From a bacterium (GTDB taxonomy: Bacteria; Patescibacteriota; Minisyncoccia; Phycocordibacterales; Zambryskibacteraceae), in NCBI GenBank assembly GCA_030649135.1, contig JAUSGI010000005.1, positions 5,754 through 69,753 on the forward strand: 64,000 nt of DNA, given 5' to 3'. The notes beneath the pieces were generated by a model. That model was not told the DNA's origin. It made no database searches and saw nothing but the letters and a program-made list of their open reading frames with translations. How positions within the stretch are numbered: position 1 is the first letter of the stretch; each line of letters begins with the position of its first letter. The translations under genes were made by a program, and so were the position numbers. Shown one piece after another: positions 18,450 to 28,195 of the stretch.

Positions 18450-19343
18450 ATGGAGGAAGATAAAATCTTACAGGAACAAATAAAAAATGCCCCGACGGAA
18501 ATAAAAAACCTCCTGACAAAAGGGGACTGGTCTATTGTGGTTAGCCAGATATCCCGAAAGAATAATTTCTCTCATGAGCAGACAGTAGCCCTCGAAAATG
18601 AAGTGTTATTCGTGTTACTTAGCATGGAGCTCTCCAAAGATTTGGTGAGAAATATGCAGGATGTGTTAGAAGTTCAGGAGAGTGTCTCACAAGAAATCGC
18701 ACGAGAGGTTAATGAAAAAATATTCAAGGAAGTAGAACCGTTTCTCCCGACATCGTCGGAAGATTCGAACTTAATCGAAAGTCTGCATGATGAAAATAGC
18801 GCGGAGAATATTCGTCAGATTTTGAAAGCCAATACCGGAGAAGACAGAGACAAACTGATAGCAAACCAACTCAAGAAACTGCCGGAAGCACTCCAGCAAG
18901 CTATTCGAGTGGTACCTTGGAAATCTGTGGTCAAGGAGATTGCCCTTCTCAATAAACTGGACCTCGCTCAAATTGTGGCAGTCGAGAGGGAAACTATGTT
19001 CGTCATTTACGGCTTTGAGGACGAGAAAAACTATCTCTCCAACGTCATGAGAGAGGCGAAACTTGATGAAGCAATGGCCACCACCATCACTGCCGCCCTG
19101 AACGAAAGGGTATTTAAAGTCATAGTCAACAAAGTCAACGAATCTGGACCCGCATCGCAAAATGCCGCCACCAACGTGCCGGAAATTCCTCCGGCTAACC
19201 TGCCCATGATTGAAAAGGGAGAAGTAGTGCATGATGCGGCGCCAACGGTCACGAAAGAGATAAAAATTGAAAAGTCGAAAGTCTCTTTGCCAGACTATCG
19301 TTATCCTAATGGTAAAGACCCATATCGCGAACCGTTGGTATAA
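18450..19343 (+). CDS. hypothetical protein
   Basis: Start at ATG 18450 (MEEDKILQEQ...). No recognisable domain. Confidence 0.5.
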   Translation: MEEDKILQEQIKNAPTEIKNLLTKGDWSIVVSQISRKNNFSHEQTVALENEVLFVLLSMELSKDLVRNMQDVLEVQESVSQEIAREVNEKIFKEVEPFLPTSSEDSNLIESLHDENSAENIRQILKANTGEDRDKLIANQLKKLPEALQQAIRVVPWKSVVKEIALLNKLDLAQIVAVERETMFVIYGFEDEKNYLSNVMREAKLDEAMATTITAALNERVFKVIVNKVNESGPASQNAATNVPEIPPANLPMIEKGEVVHDAAPTVTKEIKIEKSKVSLPDYRYPNGKDPYREPLV

Positions 19344-19355
19344 AATAAAAACACA

Positions 19356-19796
19356 ATGCGTTTCCAAGTTCCTCAATTCATAGAAATAGAAGACAAGATT
19401 TTCGGCCCTTTGACTTTCAAACAGTTCATTTACATTGCGGGTGGAGTGGGTGTTGCTGTCATGCTTTTTGTCTTCCTGCCGAAATTTTTGGCCGCTCTCG
19501 TTGCTCTGCCGGTGGTGCTCTTCGGCGCAGCATTGGCTTTTTACAGACTCAACGGTAAACCCTTCGTGAACGTAGTCGAGGCTTTTGTGAAATACACCTT
19601 CACCAGCAAACTTTATATTTGGAAAAAGGAGGAAAAGCAAGTGATAAGCAATCAACCCCAAATGGACAGGAAACCGATTGAACAGGTGTATGTTCCAAAA
19701 CTTTCCGGCTCAAAGCTGAAAGAACTTACTTGGAGCCTAGATATCAAAGAGGCTACCAATCCGGTAACCTCAAACGAGGACAAGTCTAGTGTATAA
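19356..19796 (+). CDS. PrgI-like (VirB3-like) small membrane protein
   Basis: MRFQVPQFIEIEDKIFGPLTFKQFIYIAGGVGVAVMLFV... matches the PrgI-family pattern found next to VirB4 in Gram-positive-type T4SS. Confidence 0.5.
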   Translation: MRFQVPQFIEIEDKIFGPLTFKQFIYIAGGVGVAVMLFVFLPKFLAALVALPVVLFGAALAFYRLNGKPFVNVVEAFVKYTFTSKLYIWKKEEKQVISNQPQMDRKPIEQVYVPKLSGSKLKELTWSLDIKEATNPVTSNEDKSSV

Positions 19797-19803
19797 TTAG
19801 CAA

Positions 19804-20445
19804 ATGTCTCCGAGTACAAATGCTACTCAAGAATTTGTTCCCATCAAGGAAGTGCGCGACGGCGTCGTCCTACTGAAAGATGGCGGCATGCGTGCCATTC
19901 TCTTGTGTTCGTCTCTAAACTTCGCGCTTAAATCCGAGGATGAGAGGCAGGCTATTCTTCTGCAGTTCCAGGATTTTCTTAACTCCCTAGACTTCTCGAT
20001 TGAGATAGTAGTGCAGTCGCGCAAACTCGATATCCGGCCATACATAGCGCTACTCGAAGGGCAAGAAAAAATACAAACCAACAGTCTGATGAAAATACAG
20101 GTTCGAGAGTATATTGAGTTTATCAAGAGTTTCACCGAAAACACGAATATCATGACTAAAAACTTTTTCATTGTGGTGCCATACAGTCCGGCCATGTTGA
20201 ATGCCCATAAATCAGGGGGTATCGTCTCGCGCCTTGGATTCGGTACCAAGAGAGAGCGCGCGGCCGCCACAGAAGCGGGATTTGACGAAAATCGTAGCCA
20301 ACTGGAAGAGCGGCTATCGGTGGTTGAACAGGGACTTATCCGTACCGGTATCCGCGTGGTGCGCCTCGGCACGGAAGAAGTCATTGAACTTTTTTACAAG
20401 GCCTTTAATCCGGGGGAAACGGAAAAGCCACTAAAAGTGAGCTAG
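19804..20445 (+). CDS. hypothetical protein (resembles the N-terminal region of VirB4/TraC)
   Basis: EFVPIKEVRDGVVLLKDGGMRAILL... Ends in a strong palindromic hairpin. Confidence 0.45.
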   Translation: MSPSTNATQEFVPIKEVRDGVVLLKDGGMRAILLCSSLNFALKSEDERQAILLQFQDFLNSLDFSIEIVVQSRKLDIRPYIALLEGQEKIQTNSLMKIQVREYIEFIKSFTENTNIMTKNFFIVVPYSPAMLNAHKSGGIVSRLGFGTKRERAAATEAGFDENRSQLEERLSVVEQGLIRTGIRVVRLGTEEVIELFYKAFNPGETEKPLKVS

Positions 20446-20469
20446 CTCACTTTTAGTGGCTTTATTCAC
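20427..20469 (+). terminator. perfect 16/16 palindrome GCCACTAAAAGTGAGC-tagc-TCACTTTTAGTGGC followed by a T-run
   Basis: The stop codon of the upstream ORF sits in the loop. Likely an intrinsic terminator or an operator. Confidence 0.55.
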
Positions 20470-20492
20470 AATAGATAATTAACAATTTACAA

Positions 20493-20852
20493 GTGAAACA
20501 ATTCAATTTCTTGGATTGGCCGGTGTATAAAGATGCGCAAGAATTAGTCTCTTTTTCATTAGAAATAGTAAGGAAATTACCAAAAGAACACCGGTTTGAG
20601 TTAAGTTCACAATTGATTAGATCTAGTTCTTCAGTCGTTTTAAATATAGCAGAGGGAAGCGGTAAGTCATCTAGGAGAGACTTTTCTCATTTTATTGATA
20701 TAGCACTGGGTTCTCTCTATGAAACTGTTGCGAACATGGATATTCTAAAGACAAACCAGCTAATCAACAATACAGACTTTGAACTAGCCAAGGAAAAGGC
20801 TGCGAGTATCGCTAGACAACTAGGCGGCTTTAGGAAAAAGCTCAAAACATGA
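20493..20852 (+). CDS. four-helix-bundle protein (23S rRNA intervening-sequence-protein family)
   Basis: Pattern ...VVLNIAEGSGKSSRRDFSHFIDIALGSLYETVANMDIL... typical of this family. Located here between T4SS genes, not in an rRNA. Confidence 0.65.
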   Translation: MKQFNFLDWPVYKDAQELVSFSLEIVRKLPKEHRFELSSQLIRSSSSVVLNIAEGSGKSSRRDFSHFIDIALGSLYETVANMDILKTNQLINNTDFELAKEKAASIARQLGGFRKKLKT

Positions 20853-20880
20853 CTCAAATTCACCTATTGTTTATTGTTCA

Positions 20881-22776
20881 TTGTTCATTGATAATTACTA
20901 TATGAGTATTCTCGATAAATTATTTGGAAAGGGGGGAGCAAAAAAGCCGGATATTTCTTCTATCTTGCCTCAAGAAATTTTTGAAGCGGGGCTACTTGAA
21001 CTCAAAGATATTATCGCGCCTTCCGCACTCAAGATTACCCCGAAAGAAATCAATCTGGGCGAGAAAATTTTACGAAGCTTCTTCGTAATTTCCTATCCGC
21101 GCTTTCTTTCTGAAGGATGGTTCTCGCCCATTATCAATATGGATAAGGTTTTCGATATTTCTATTTTTATTCACCCCATCGAAACTTCGAGGGTGTTACG
21201 CCAATTCCAAAGAAAGGTAGCCGAGGTTCAAAGCCAAATCCATAGCCGGGAAGAAAAGGGTTTGGTGCGTGACCCGATGCTTGACGTCGCTTACCAGGAC
21301 CTTGAGAATTTGCGTGACCAACTCCAGCAAGCGCAAGAGAAACTCTTCGATGTCGGCCTCTATATAACCATCTATGGCGACAGCGACTCGGAACTTGATA
21401 AAGCGGAATCCGAAATCAAATCAATTCTTGAGGCCAAACTTATATACGTCAAGCCCGCACTCTTTCAACAGGAACAGGGATATAAAAGCACTCTTCCTCT
21501 CGGCAACGACCTTCTGGAAGTGCACTCAAAATTGAATTCTTCTCCGCTCTCATCTCTCTTCCCATTTACTTCGTTTGACCTCACTTCCGACAAAGGCATT
21601 CTCTACGGCATCAATAGGCACAACTCGTCTCTGGTGCTTTTCGACCGCTTCTCGCTTGAAAATTATAATTCCATCATGTTCGCCAAATCCGGAGCCGGTA
21701 AATCTTATGCCACCAAACTCGAGATTTTGCGTACCCTGATGTTTGATACGGAGGTGATAGTGATAGACCCGGAGCGAGAGTACGAATATATGGCAGAAGC
21801 TACCGGAGGGAGATACTTCAAAATTTCTCTTAATTCCGAGCACCACATTAACCCGTTTGATTTGCCCGTACCGGGGCCGGACGAAAGCGCCGCCAACGTG
21901 CTTCGCTCAAATATCATCAACTTAGTCGGCCTCTTTCGCCTGATGATGGGCGGTCTCTCCGCGGAAGAGGATGCCATCATCGACCGAGCTATTACCGAAA
22001 CTTATGCTCTAAAGGATATTACGGTGGAATCGGATTTTCGCACCATTGAGCCCCCACTCATGTCAGATTTTGAAATGGTACTCATCGGCATGGAAGGCGG
22101 CGAATCTCTAGCTCAACGTCTTTCCAAATATACCAAGGGCACTTGGTCAGGATTTATCAATAGACCTTCTAATGTCGATATCAACAGAAAATTCGTGGTC
22201 TTTTCACTGCGCGACATGGAAGATGAGCTTAAGCCCATCGCTATGTACATTGTCACTCATTACATTTGGAATGCCATCCGCAAAGAACTAAAGAAGCGTC
22301 TACTTGTTATCGATGAGGCATGGTGGATGATGAAGTCGGAAGATACAGCTTCATTCCTCATGGGTCTGGTCAAGCGCGGCCGTAAATATTTCCTTGGAGT
22401 AGCCACCATTACCCAAGATGTCGGGGACTTCTTGAAAAGCCCCTACGGCTTGCCAATTATCACCAACTCCTCCATCCAGATTCTTTTGAAACAATCGCCG
22501 ACAACTATAGGCGAACTCCAGAAAACTTTTAATCTTACAGATGAGGAGAAGTATCTCTTGCTCGAATCAGACAGGGGAGAGGGCATCTTCTTCGCCGGCC
22601 TCAAGCACGTGGCAATTAAAAATATTGCCTCATATACGGAAGACCAAATTATCACTTCCGACCCATCTCAAGTTTTGGCCATCAAGAAAGCCAAACAAGA
22701 CGCCATGGAAGATAAGGAGGTCGCCTTGAAAGCCGCGAGCGCTGAATTGAAAGAAGCTGAAACAACAAACACATAA
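20881..22776 (+). CDS. VirB4/TrbE-family type IV secretion ATPase
   Basis: Walker A FAKSGAGKSYATK, Walker B LLVIDEAWWMM, overall VirB4 architecture. Confidence 0.85.
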   Translation: MFIDNYYMSILDKLFGKGGAKKPDISSILPQEIFEAGLLELKDIIAPSALKITPKEINLGEKILRSFFVISYPRFLSEGWFSPIINMDKVFDISIFIHPIETSRVLRQFQRKVAEVQSQIHSREEKGLVRDPMLDVAYQDLENLRDQLQQAQEKLFDVGLYITIYGDSDSELDKAESEIKSILEAKLIYVKPALFQQEQGYKSTLPLGNDLLEVHSKLNSSPLSSLFPFTSFDLTSDKGILYGINRHNSSLVLFDRFSLENYNSIMFAKSGAGKSYATKLEILRTLMFDTEVIVIDPEREYEYMAEATGGRYFKISLNSEHHINPFDLPVPGPDESAANVLRSNIINLVGLFRLMMGGLSAEEDAIIDRAITETYALKDITVESDFRTIEPPLMSDFEMVLIGMEGGESLAQRLSKYTKGTWSGFINRPSNVDINRKFVVFSLRDMEDELKPIAMYIVTHYIWNAIRKELKKRLLVIDEAWWMMKSEDTASFLMGLVKRGRKYFLGVATITQDVGDFLKSPYGLPIITNSSIQILLKQSPTTIGELQKTFNLTDEEKYLLLESDRGEGIFFAGLKHVAIKNIASYTEDQIITSDPSQVLAIKKAKQDAMEDKEVALKAASAELKEAETTNT

Positions 22777-23297
22777 TGCCAGAAGCAAATCAAATACTAG
22801 ATTTCAATACTTTTCGACAAAGAAGACTGGCTAAAATCCAGAAAGAAACTGCTGATATTACCCAAAAAATGGAGAAGAGAAATAGGGTTAAGACCTCAGA
22901 TATCATTCTTATGGTGGGTACTGCTCTCTTTTTCGACAGTATTCAGGCTTTATTTCTCTTGATTCCATTTTTGGGATGGGCACTGTCTTCCTTAATCTCA
23001 ATATATGCTTGGCTAACTTTTTACGTCTGGACGTCTGTTAAGGGATGGGGGGTAGTATCAGATACAGTCAAGAAAGCAATCGTCCCTAAAGGTAAAATCG
23101 TAAAATTTATTATTAAGTGGCTTACACCGTTAATAGAACTTATTCCGGTAGTAAACGTAATCCCAACTTGGACAGTTTCGATTATTCTGCAACTGTTACT
23201 TATTAAAGCCGAGGATGTCCTTTATAACACTACCGAAGGAAAGGTCGACCTCGAAAAACTGGGAGAACTTTATAAACAATATAGAAAAGTTGCCTAG
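22776..23297 (+). CDS. hypothetical integral membrane protein
   Basis: 3-4 predicted TM helices. Part of the T4SS-like operon. Confidence 0.45.
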   Translation: MPEANQILDFNTFRQRRLAKIQKETADITQKMEKRNRVKTSDIILMVGTALFFDSIQALFLLIPFLGWALSSLISIYAWLTFYVWTSVKGWGVVSDTVKKAIVPKGKIVKFIIKWLTPLIELIPVVNVIPTWTVSIILQLLLIKAEDVLYNTTEGKVDLEKLGELYKQYRKVA

Positions 23298-23313
23298 GGT
23301 ATATAATAAGGAA

Positions 23314-24012
23314 ATGAAAAAGTACCACCTTCTCTTAGTTACTCTTGTACTCATCACGCCCGTTTTCTATTCACAGGCGCAAACGGTGGATATCCTCTGG
23401 CAGGGACAAACTTACACCTCGCCTTTCTACAAAGGTAAATCACTATGGTCTAGCCAGTCCAGAATTACCTTCTTGGCCATACCGCACGGTACCGGTACTG
23501 GTAACCCAGCAAGCCTTATCTATAAGTGGTCTAAGAATGGCACGGTGCTCGGTAATATCAATGGTGTGGGCAAAAACACCATGGTTTACACTGACTTAAT
23601 CCTTTCCAAACCCCAAACTGTCAAGATAGACGTCCTCTCTCCTGACGAGGGCCTCCTGGCCAGTGCGTCAGTTGCTGTCACCCCGATATCTCCAATTCTC
23701 GCTATTTATGAAAACAACCCGCTGTATGGATTTATGTTCCACAAAGAAACCAGCGGGACACATGAACTTCAAAATAAGGAAGCTACTTTCACGGCATTTC
23801 CTCTTTTCTTCAGCGTTTCCAATCGTATGGATAGCGGCCTGAAATATGAGTGGCGTACCAATGACGGGGGAGTAGAAACCAGTAACTCAGTGACATACCG
23901 AGTGCCGGATGATACCCCGGGCACATCCGCGGTCGCGGTGGAGGTCTCTAACATAAACAAGATTATGCAGAGCTCCAATAAGAGTTTCTTGATACAATTT
24001 GGAAAGCAATAA
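23314..24012 (+). CDS. hypothetical secreted protein
   Basis: Signal peptide MKKYHLLLVTLVLITPVFYSQAQ. Beta-rich. Confidence 0.5.
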   Translation: MKKYHLLLVTLVLITPVFYSQAQTVDILWQGQTYTSPFYKGKSLWSSQSRITFLAIPHGTGTGNPASLIYKWSKNGTVLGNINGVGKNTMVYTDLILSKPQTVKIDVLSPDEGLLASASVAVTPISPILAIYENNPLYGFMFHKETSGTHELQNKEATFTAFPLFFSVSNRMDSGLKYEWRTNDGGVETSNSVTYRVPDDTPGTSAVAVEVSNINKIMQSSNKSFLIQFGKQ

Positions 24013-24013
24013 G

Positions 24014-24430
24014 ATGAAGAGCTTTGCTACTTACTGTCTGATACTTGTCGCCCTTGTCTTGATTCCTGTTTCTGTTCCTGTGCTTACCAAAGCGGAAACC
24101 GAATACACGCTTCTTCAACCTCTCCCCCTTTACGGTCTGGATACAGTAGATCAGGAGAAAACGACCGCTGAACAATACATTGAAGGCATTGTTACCTTAA
24201 CTATTGCCATAGCCGGGGGGCTTGCGGTGATTATGATTATTTACGGTGGCATCAAATATATGTCGAGTGATGCAATCGGAGGGAAAGGTGAGGCCAAGGA
24301 TATTATCCAAAACGCCATATGGGGGCTCCTTCTAACCATCAGCGCATGGCTCATTCTTTATACTATTAATCCAGATTTGATAGAATTTAATTTAGACCTC
24401 CCCACTCCGGATAAAATCAATAACCCTTAA
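24014..24430 (+). CDS. VirB2/TrbC-like pilin candidate
   Basis: Signal peptide, then two hydrophobic helices (TLTIAIAGGLAVIMIIYGGIKYM... and AIWGLLLTISAWLILYTI). About 135 aa, as for conjugative pilins. Confidence 0.5.
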   Translation: MKSFATYCLILVALVLIPVSVPVLTKAETEYTLLQPLPLYGLDTVDQEKTTAEQYIEGIVTLTIAIAGGLAVIMIIYGGIKYMSSDAIGGKGEAKDIIQNAIWGLLLTISAWLILYTINPDLIEFNLDLPTPDKINNP

Positions 24431-25653
24431 TGAAAAAAATTTTAATCATCTTAGTAGCAATTATCGCAATCACTCTAGCCGTTTTCTTTGGGTGGTATTT
24501 GTTCTTCCAAAATTCCGATATGCCCGTAGGAGAGGTGGTTAGAAATGTTTTGCCATTCGGTTCCGGTGGAGATACTTCCTTACCAGTGAACCTGCCGGGT
24601 GGAAACGAGCAATTGCCTAATGGACAACAACTGCCGGCAGACGAGTTTGCCAGACCAAATGCCAAACTCTTCCGCATTGCCGATACCCCCATAGCCGGTG
24701 CGGTAGTATTTAAAAGAGGAAACCAAACGGTCGTACGCTACGTTGACCGCGCCACAGGACATATCTATGATGCCGATTTGGCAACGCTCGAGAAGGTAAA
24801 GGTGTCCAACAACACCCTGCCCAAAATTTACGAGGCCTATTTCAGAACAGACGGCAACGCAGTACTTCTCCGGTCTCTCAAGGACAACTCCGATGTGGTA
24901 GAAAATTTATCTCTCACCCTTACTCCTCCCCAATCATCGAGCACCCTATACGCCATCTCATCTACAGCCCTACGCGGTAACATTGGAGCTGTCGCTGTGG
25001 GTTCCGGCAACACCCTCGTATACACTCTGCGAGACACCGCTACCGTGGTTGCTTCGGCCTTCAATGGCACCGGGGCCAGAATCCTACTTACCTCACCCTT
25101 CACAGACTGGCGACTGGCATCGGCCGGAAACAGTTTAGTGCTATACACGAAAGCAAGTGTTAATGCGCCAGGTTATGCCTACGCCCTAAACACGTCCGGC
25201 GGGGCATTAAAAAAAGTTATTGGACCGCTCAACGGATTGGTAGCTCTGCCCGATAGTTCCGGCAATCGAGTACTGTATTCATATGTCGAGAATAACAAGA
25301 CAAAATTGGTGACTAAGAATCTTACCAATAATATCGTTTCCGAAATATCCCCCGTCACATTGGCTGAAAAATGTCTTTGGAGTATAAGAAACGCAGGCAT
25401 CCTTTTCTGTGCCGCGCCCACTGACAACTTGGGACCTGACGAACCTGATAGTTGGTACAGGGGAGTAACGCACTTCTCCGACCGTATTTGGCTCTTTGAC
25501 ACCAAAAGCGGAGTGTCCCAAGTCTTGGTAGAACCAAAGCAGAGCCTCGATACGGAGCTTGACGCGGTAGACCTAAAACTTTCCCCCAGCGAAGACTATC
25601 TCGTTTTCACAAATAGAACCGACCTCTCACTTTGGGCACTTAGACTTGAGTAG
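24430..25653 (+). CDS. hypothetical membrane-anchored protein
   Basis: N-terminal TM. No recognisable domain. Confidence 0.5.
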   Translation: MKKILIILVAIIAITLAVFFGWYLFFQNSDMPVGEVVRNVLPFGSGGDTSLPVNLPGGNEQLPNGQQLPADEFARPNAKLFRIADTPIAGAVVFKRGNQTVVRYVDRATGHIYDADLATLEKVKVSNNTLPKIYEAYFRTDGNAVLLRSLKDNSDVVENLSLTLTPPQSSSTLYAISSTALRGNIGAVAVGSGNTLVYTLRDTATVVASAFNGTGARILLTSPFTDWRLASAGNSLVLYTKASVNAPGYAYALNTSGGALKKVIGPLNGLVALPDSSGNRVLYSYVENNKTKLVTKNLTNNIVSEISPVTLAEKCLWSIRNAGILFCAAPTDNLGPDEPDSWYRGVTHFSDRIWLFDTKSGVSQVLVEPKQSLDTELDAVDLKLSPSEDYLVFTNRTDLSLWALRLE

Positions 25654-26356
25654 CCCTGATGTTTTTCTTGATAAAAAGTTCCTGCCCAATACTGAACAGG
25701 TTGGTGGTAAGCCAGTAGAGAGCAATAACTCCGGAAATTTTGTAGGAAATAAAAAAAACTATCACCGGAAAGAAATATTTCATTTGAGTCTGCATGCTAC
25801 GGGTAAGATTGTTGCCAAATGAATCTCCTTTTGGCTGAACCTGTCCCTGCATAGAAAGTTTGAACTGGAAAAAGGTAGAGACGGCGGCCAAAAAAGCGAT
25901 CACGGCACTTTTGGCCGTGATGTCCAAAAAGCCAAGAAAGGTGGTGCTAATATGGCTCGGCTCGGTCACGAATGAATATAAAAGGGCGGAGTTAACTTCC
26001 GGAAAGTGCAGGAAAATTTGATACAAAGCGAAGATAACGGGAATTTGGATAATAATGACCAATATGCCCGAGAATGGGTTAACCCCTTTTTCTCTGTATA
26101 GAGCGAGGGTGAGTTTCGCTTGCTCCTCGGCCTTATCTTTATATTGCTCTTTAATCTTGGCTAAAGCGGGAGCTATTTCTGTCATCTTTGCTTGCGCAAG
26201 TACTGCCTTTCTGGAAAGAGGGAAGGTTGCCAAGCGAACTAGAATAGTGAGGATAATAACCATCACCCCGGCATCGGCCCAGGGCAACACCTTAAACAAA
26301 AACATTAAAATATTGTAGAGCGGGTCGAAAAAAAACGTGTGATAGAGAAAAGACAT
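25640..26356 (-). CDS. yidC: membrane protein insertase YidC (short Oxa1-type)
   Basis: Multi-TM protein with the YidC core. Synteny with rnpA and rpmH. Confidence 0.85.
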   Translation of the reverse strand: MSFLYHTFFFDPLYNILMFLFKVLPWADAGVMVIILTILVRLATFPLSRKAVLAQAKMTEIAPALAKIKEQYKDKAEEQAKLTLALYREKGVNPFSGILVIIIQIPVIFALYQIFLHFPEVNSALLYSFVTEPSHISTTFLGFLDITAKSAVIAFLAAVSTFFQFKLSMQGQVQPKGDSFGNNLTRSMQTQMKYFFPVIVFFISYKISGVIALYWLTTNLFSIGQELFIKKNIRATQV

Positions 26357-26365
26357 CGGTTAATT

Positions 26366-26611
26366 TTATCCTTTTTTAAAGAGCTCGGCTAGTTCAGCTT
26401 CAAGAGCACGGCCTTTTATTTTTTCAGCCCCAGGTTTGGCAACAATAAAATATGTAGCGGGTTTTAGATTAGAAATAAATGTGCGTGCAATCGGGCGGAC
26501 GCGCCGGCGAATTCTATTTCTTATAACGGCCTTTTTGGAAACCTTTTTAGAAACAGAGATTACTACTTTCACCGCATGGAAAGATTTAATCATTAAATAA
26601 AAGTGGTTCAT
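26366..26611 (-). CDS. rnpA: ribonuclease P protein component (short)
   Basis: KKAVIRNRIRRRVRPIARTF...YFIVAKPGAE matches the RnpA core. The start overlaps the rpmH stop. Confidence 0.8.
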   Translation of the reverse strand: MNHFYLMIKSFHAVKVVISVSKKVSKKAVIRNRIRRRVRPIARTFISNLKPATYFIVAKPGAEKIKGRALEAELAELFKKG

Positions 26612-26745
26612 TAGACGGCTAAACGCTTGCGACCCTTGCGGCGTCTATTCCTGATAGTTCTCCTGCCGGTAGACGTTTTTTGCCTCGAGAGAAACCCGTG
26701 AGTTCTGGCTCGCTTGCGCCTTTTTGGTTTGTATGTTGTGGACAT
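26611..26745 (-). CDS. rpmH: 50S ribosomal protein L34
   Basis: 44-aa peptide MSTTYKPKRRKRARTHGFLSRQKTSTGRRTIRNRRRKGRKRLAV. Not in the ORF track (too short). Confidence 0.8.
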   Translation of the reverse strand: MSTTYKPKRRKRARTHGFLSRQKTSTGRRTIRNRRRKGRKRLAV

Positions 26746-26848
26746 CTTTTTCTTAACAGGTTATAAACACATTATAAACATTTTTCGAGTCTTTAACAAG
26801 TTTTTATCATACTCCAAAAAGATATACTATGTGAACCTTACAAACTCT
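26746..26848. promoter_or_regulatory. oriC-associated region upstream of dnaA with DnaA-box-like 9-mers
   Basis: TTATAAACA at 26760-26768 and 26771-26779, plus TTATCATAC near 26795. Confidence 0.45.
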
Positions 26849-28195
26849 ATGGACTATAAACAACTTTGGCAAAGCGTTTTGGTGGAAATCGAGTTAACTG
26901 TCTCCAGCGCCAACTTTGCCACTTGGTTTAAGGATACTCGTATTGTTAAAGAAGATAGCGGGGTAGTGGTGCTCTCCGTGCCAAACGCCTTTGTGAAAGA
27001 GTGGCTCCTGACCAAATACCACAGTACCATCCTTAGAAGTCTAAGGAATCTTGAAACTTCTGTCCACGCTGTCGAGTATGTGGTAAACAAAGAGGAAACC
27101 CGCAAAAGAGAGGAGAGACCGAGCGAGGCAACTCTTTATACCAAAGAGCTTCCCCTACCGGAAACCCAGGTGAATAGGGACGACAACTTAAACCCGCGCT
27201 ACACATTCGAGACCTTTGTCGTAGGCCCGTTCAACGAGCTGGCCCACGCTGCCGCCCAGGCTGTTATAAAAAAGCCCGGCATTATGTATAACCCACTTTT
27301 CATACACGGGGCCACCGGCCACGGCAAAACCCACCTGATTCAAGCAATCGGCAACCATATTAAAACAACCAGTCCGGGCAAGAAAGTTTATTACATGACT
27401 TCTGAGCAATTCGGACAAGACTGTATGAACGCTCTCCAACACCAAAAAATGACCATTTTTAAGGAAAAATACCGCAAATATGACGTCCTCATTGTTGACG
27501 ATATTCAATTTTTCTCGGATAAACAGAAGTTTCAAGAAGAATTGTTCCATCTGTTTAACACTCTTTACGACAACAACAGACAAATCATCTTTTCTTCCGA
27601 CAAACACCCCTATTTTATTACCGGACTGGAAGAGCGATTGAAGTCACGGCTTTCTGCCGGTATGACCGTTGACATTCCGGCGCCCGATAAAGAATCGAGG
27701 ATAGCTATTATCTCCGCCAAAGCACTCCAGCAGAACATCCCTCTGACACCGGAAATCATAGACTACCTCGCCCACACTATAAACGGCAATATCAGGGACC
27801 TAGAGGGGGCCGTTAATACTCTGCTATGCCATGCCCAACTCAAAAGTAGAGAAATATCAATGATTGACGTCAGAAATTACATCAAGAACAATGTTAAGCC
27901 CAAGAAAACCATCGCCGTCAAGGACGTGGTCAGGATTGTTTCCGACTTTTACAATATTAAAGAAGACAGTATTTACGAGAAAACCAGACATAAGGAGGTT
28001 ATTAGGCCTCGGCAAATTGTTATGTATATCTTGCGTGAGGATTTCAACATTTCTTATCCGTCAATAGGCCAAAAACTGGGAGGCAGGGACCACACCACGG
28101 TTATCTATTCATGTGAAAAAATAAAGACCGACATCAAAGTGGACCAATCCTTACTGGAAGAGGTCGGCCAGATTAGAAATTTATTAACCGTGTAA
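26849..28195 (+). CDS. dnaA: chromosomal replication initiator protein DnaA
   Basis: AAA+ Walker A GATGHGKTHL, Walker B VLIVDDIQF, and the C-terminal DNA-binding domain. Confidence 0.95.
   Translation: MDYKQLWQSVLVEIELTVSSANFATWFKDTRIVKEDSGVVVLSVPNAFVKEWLLTKYHSTILRSLRNLETSVHAVEYVVNKEETRKREERPSEATLYTKELPLPETQVNRDDNLNPRYTFETFVVGPFNELAHAAAQAVIKKPGIMYNPLFIHGATGHGKTHLIQAIGNHIKTTSPGKKVYYMTSEQFGQDCMNALQHQKMTIFKEKYRKYDVLIVDDIQFFSDKQKFQEELFHLFNTLYDNNRQIIFSSDKHPYFITGLEERLKSRLSAGMTVDIPAPDKESRIAIISAKALQQNIPLTPEIIDYLAHTINGNIRDLEGAVNTLLCHAQLKSREISMIDVRNYIKNNVKPKKTIAVKDVVRIVSDFYNIKEDSIYEKTRHKEVIRPRQIVMYILREDFNISYPSIGQKLGGRDHTTVIYSCEKIKTDIKVDQSLLEEVGQIRNLLTV

Noticed and set aside
19804-22776. Annotating 19804-20445 and 20881-22776 as one split virB4 pseudogene
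   Set aside because: The downstream ORF looks like a full-length VirB4 with its own N-terminal region, so the split-gene reading is kept only as a hypothesis in the findings.
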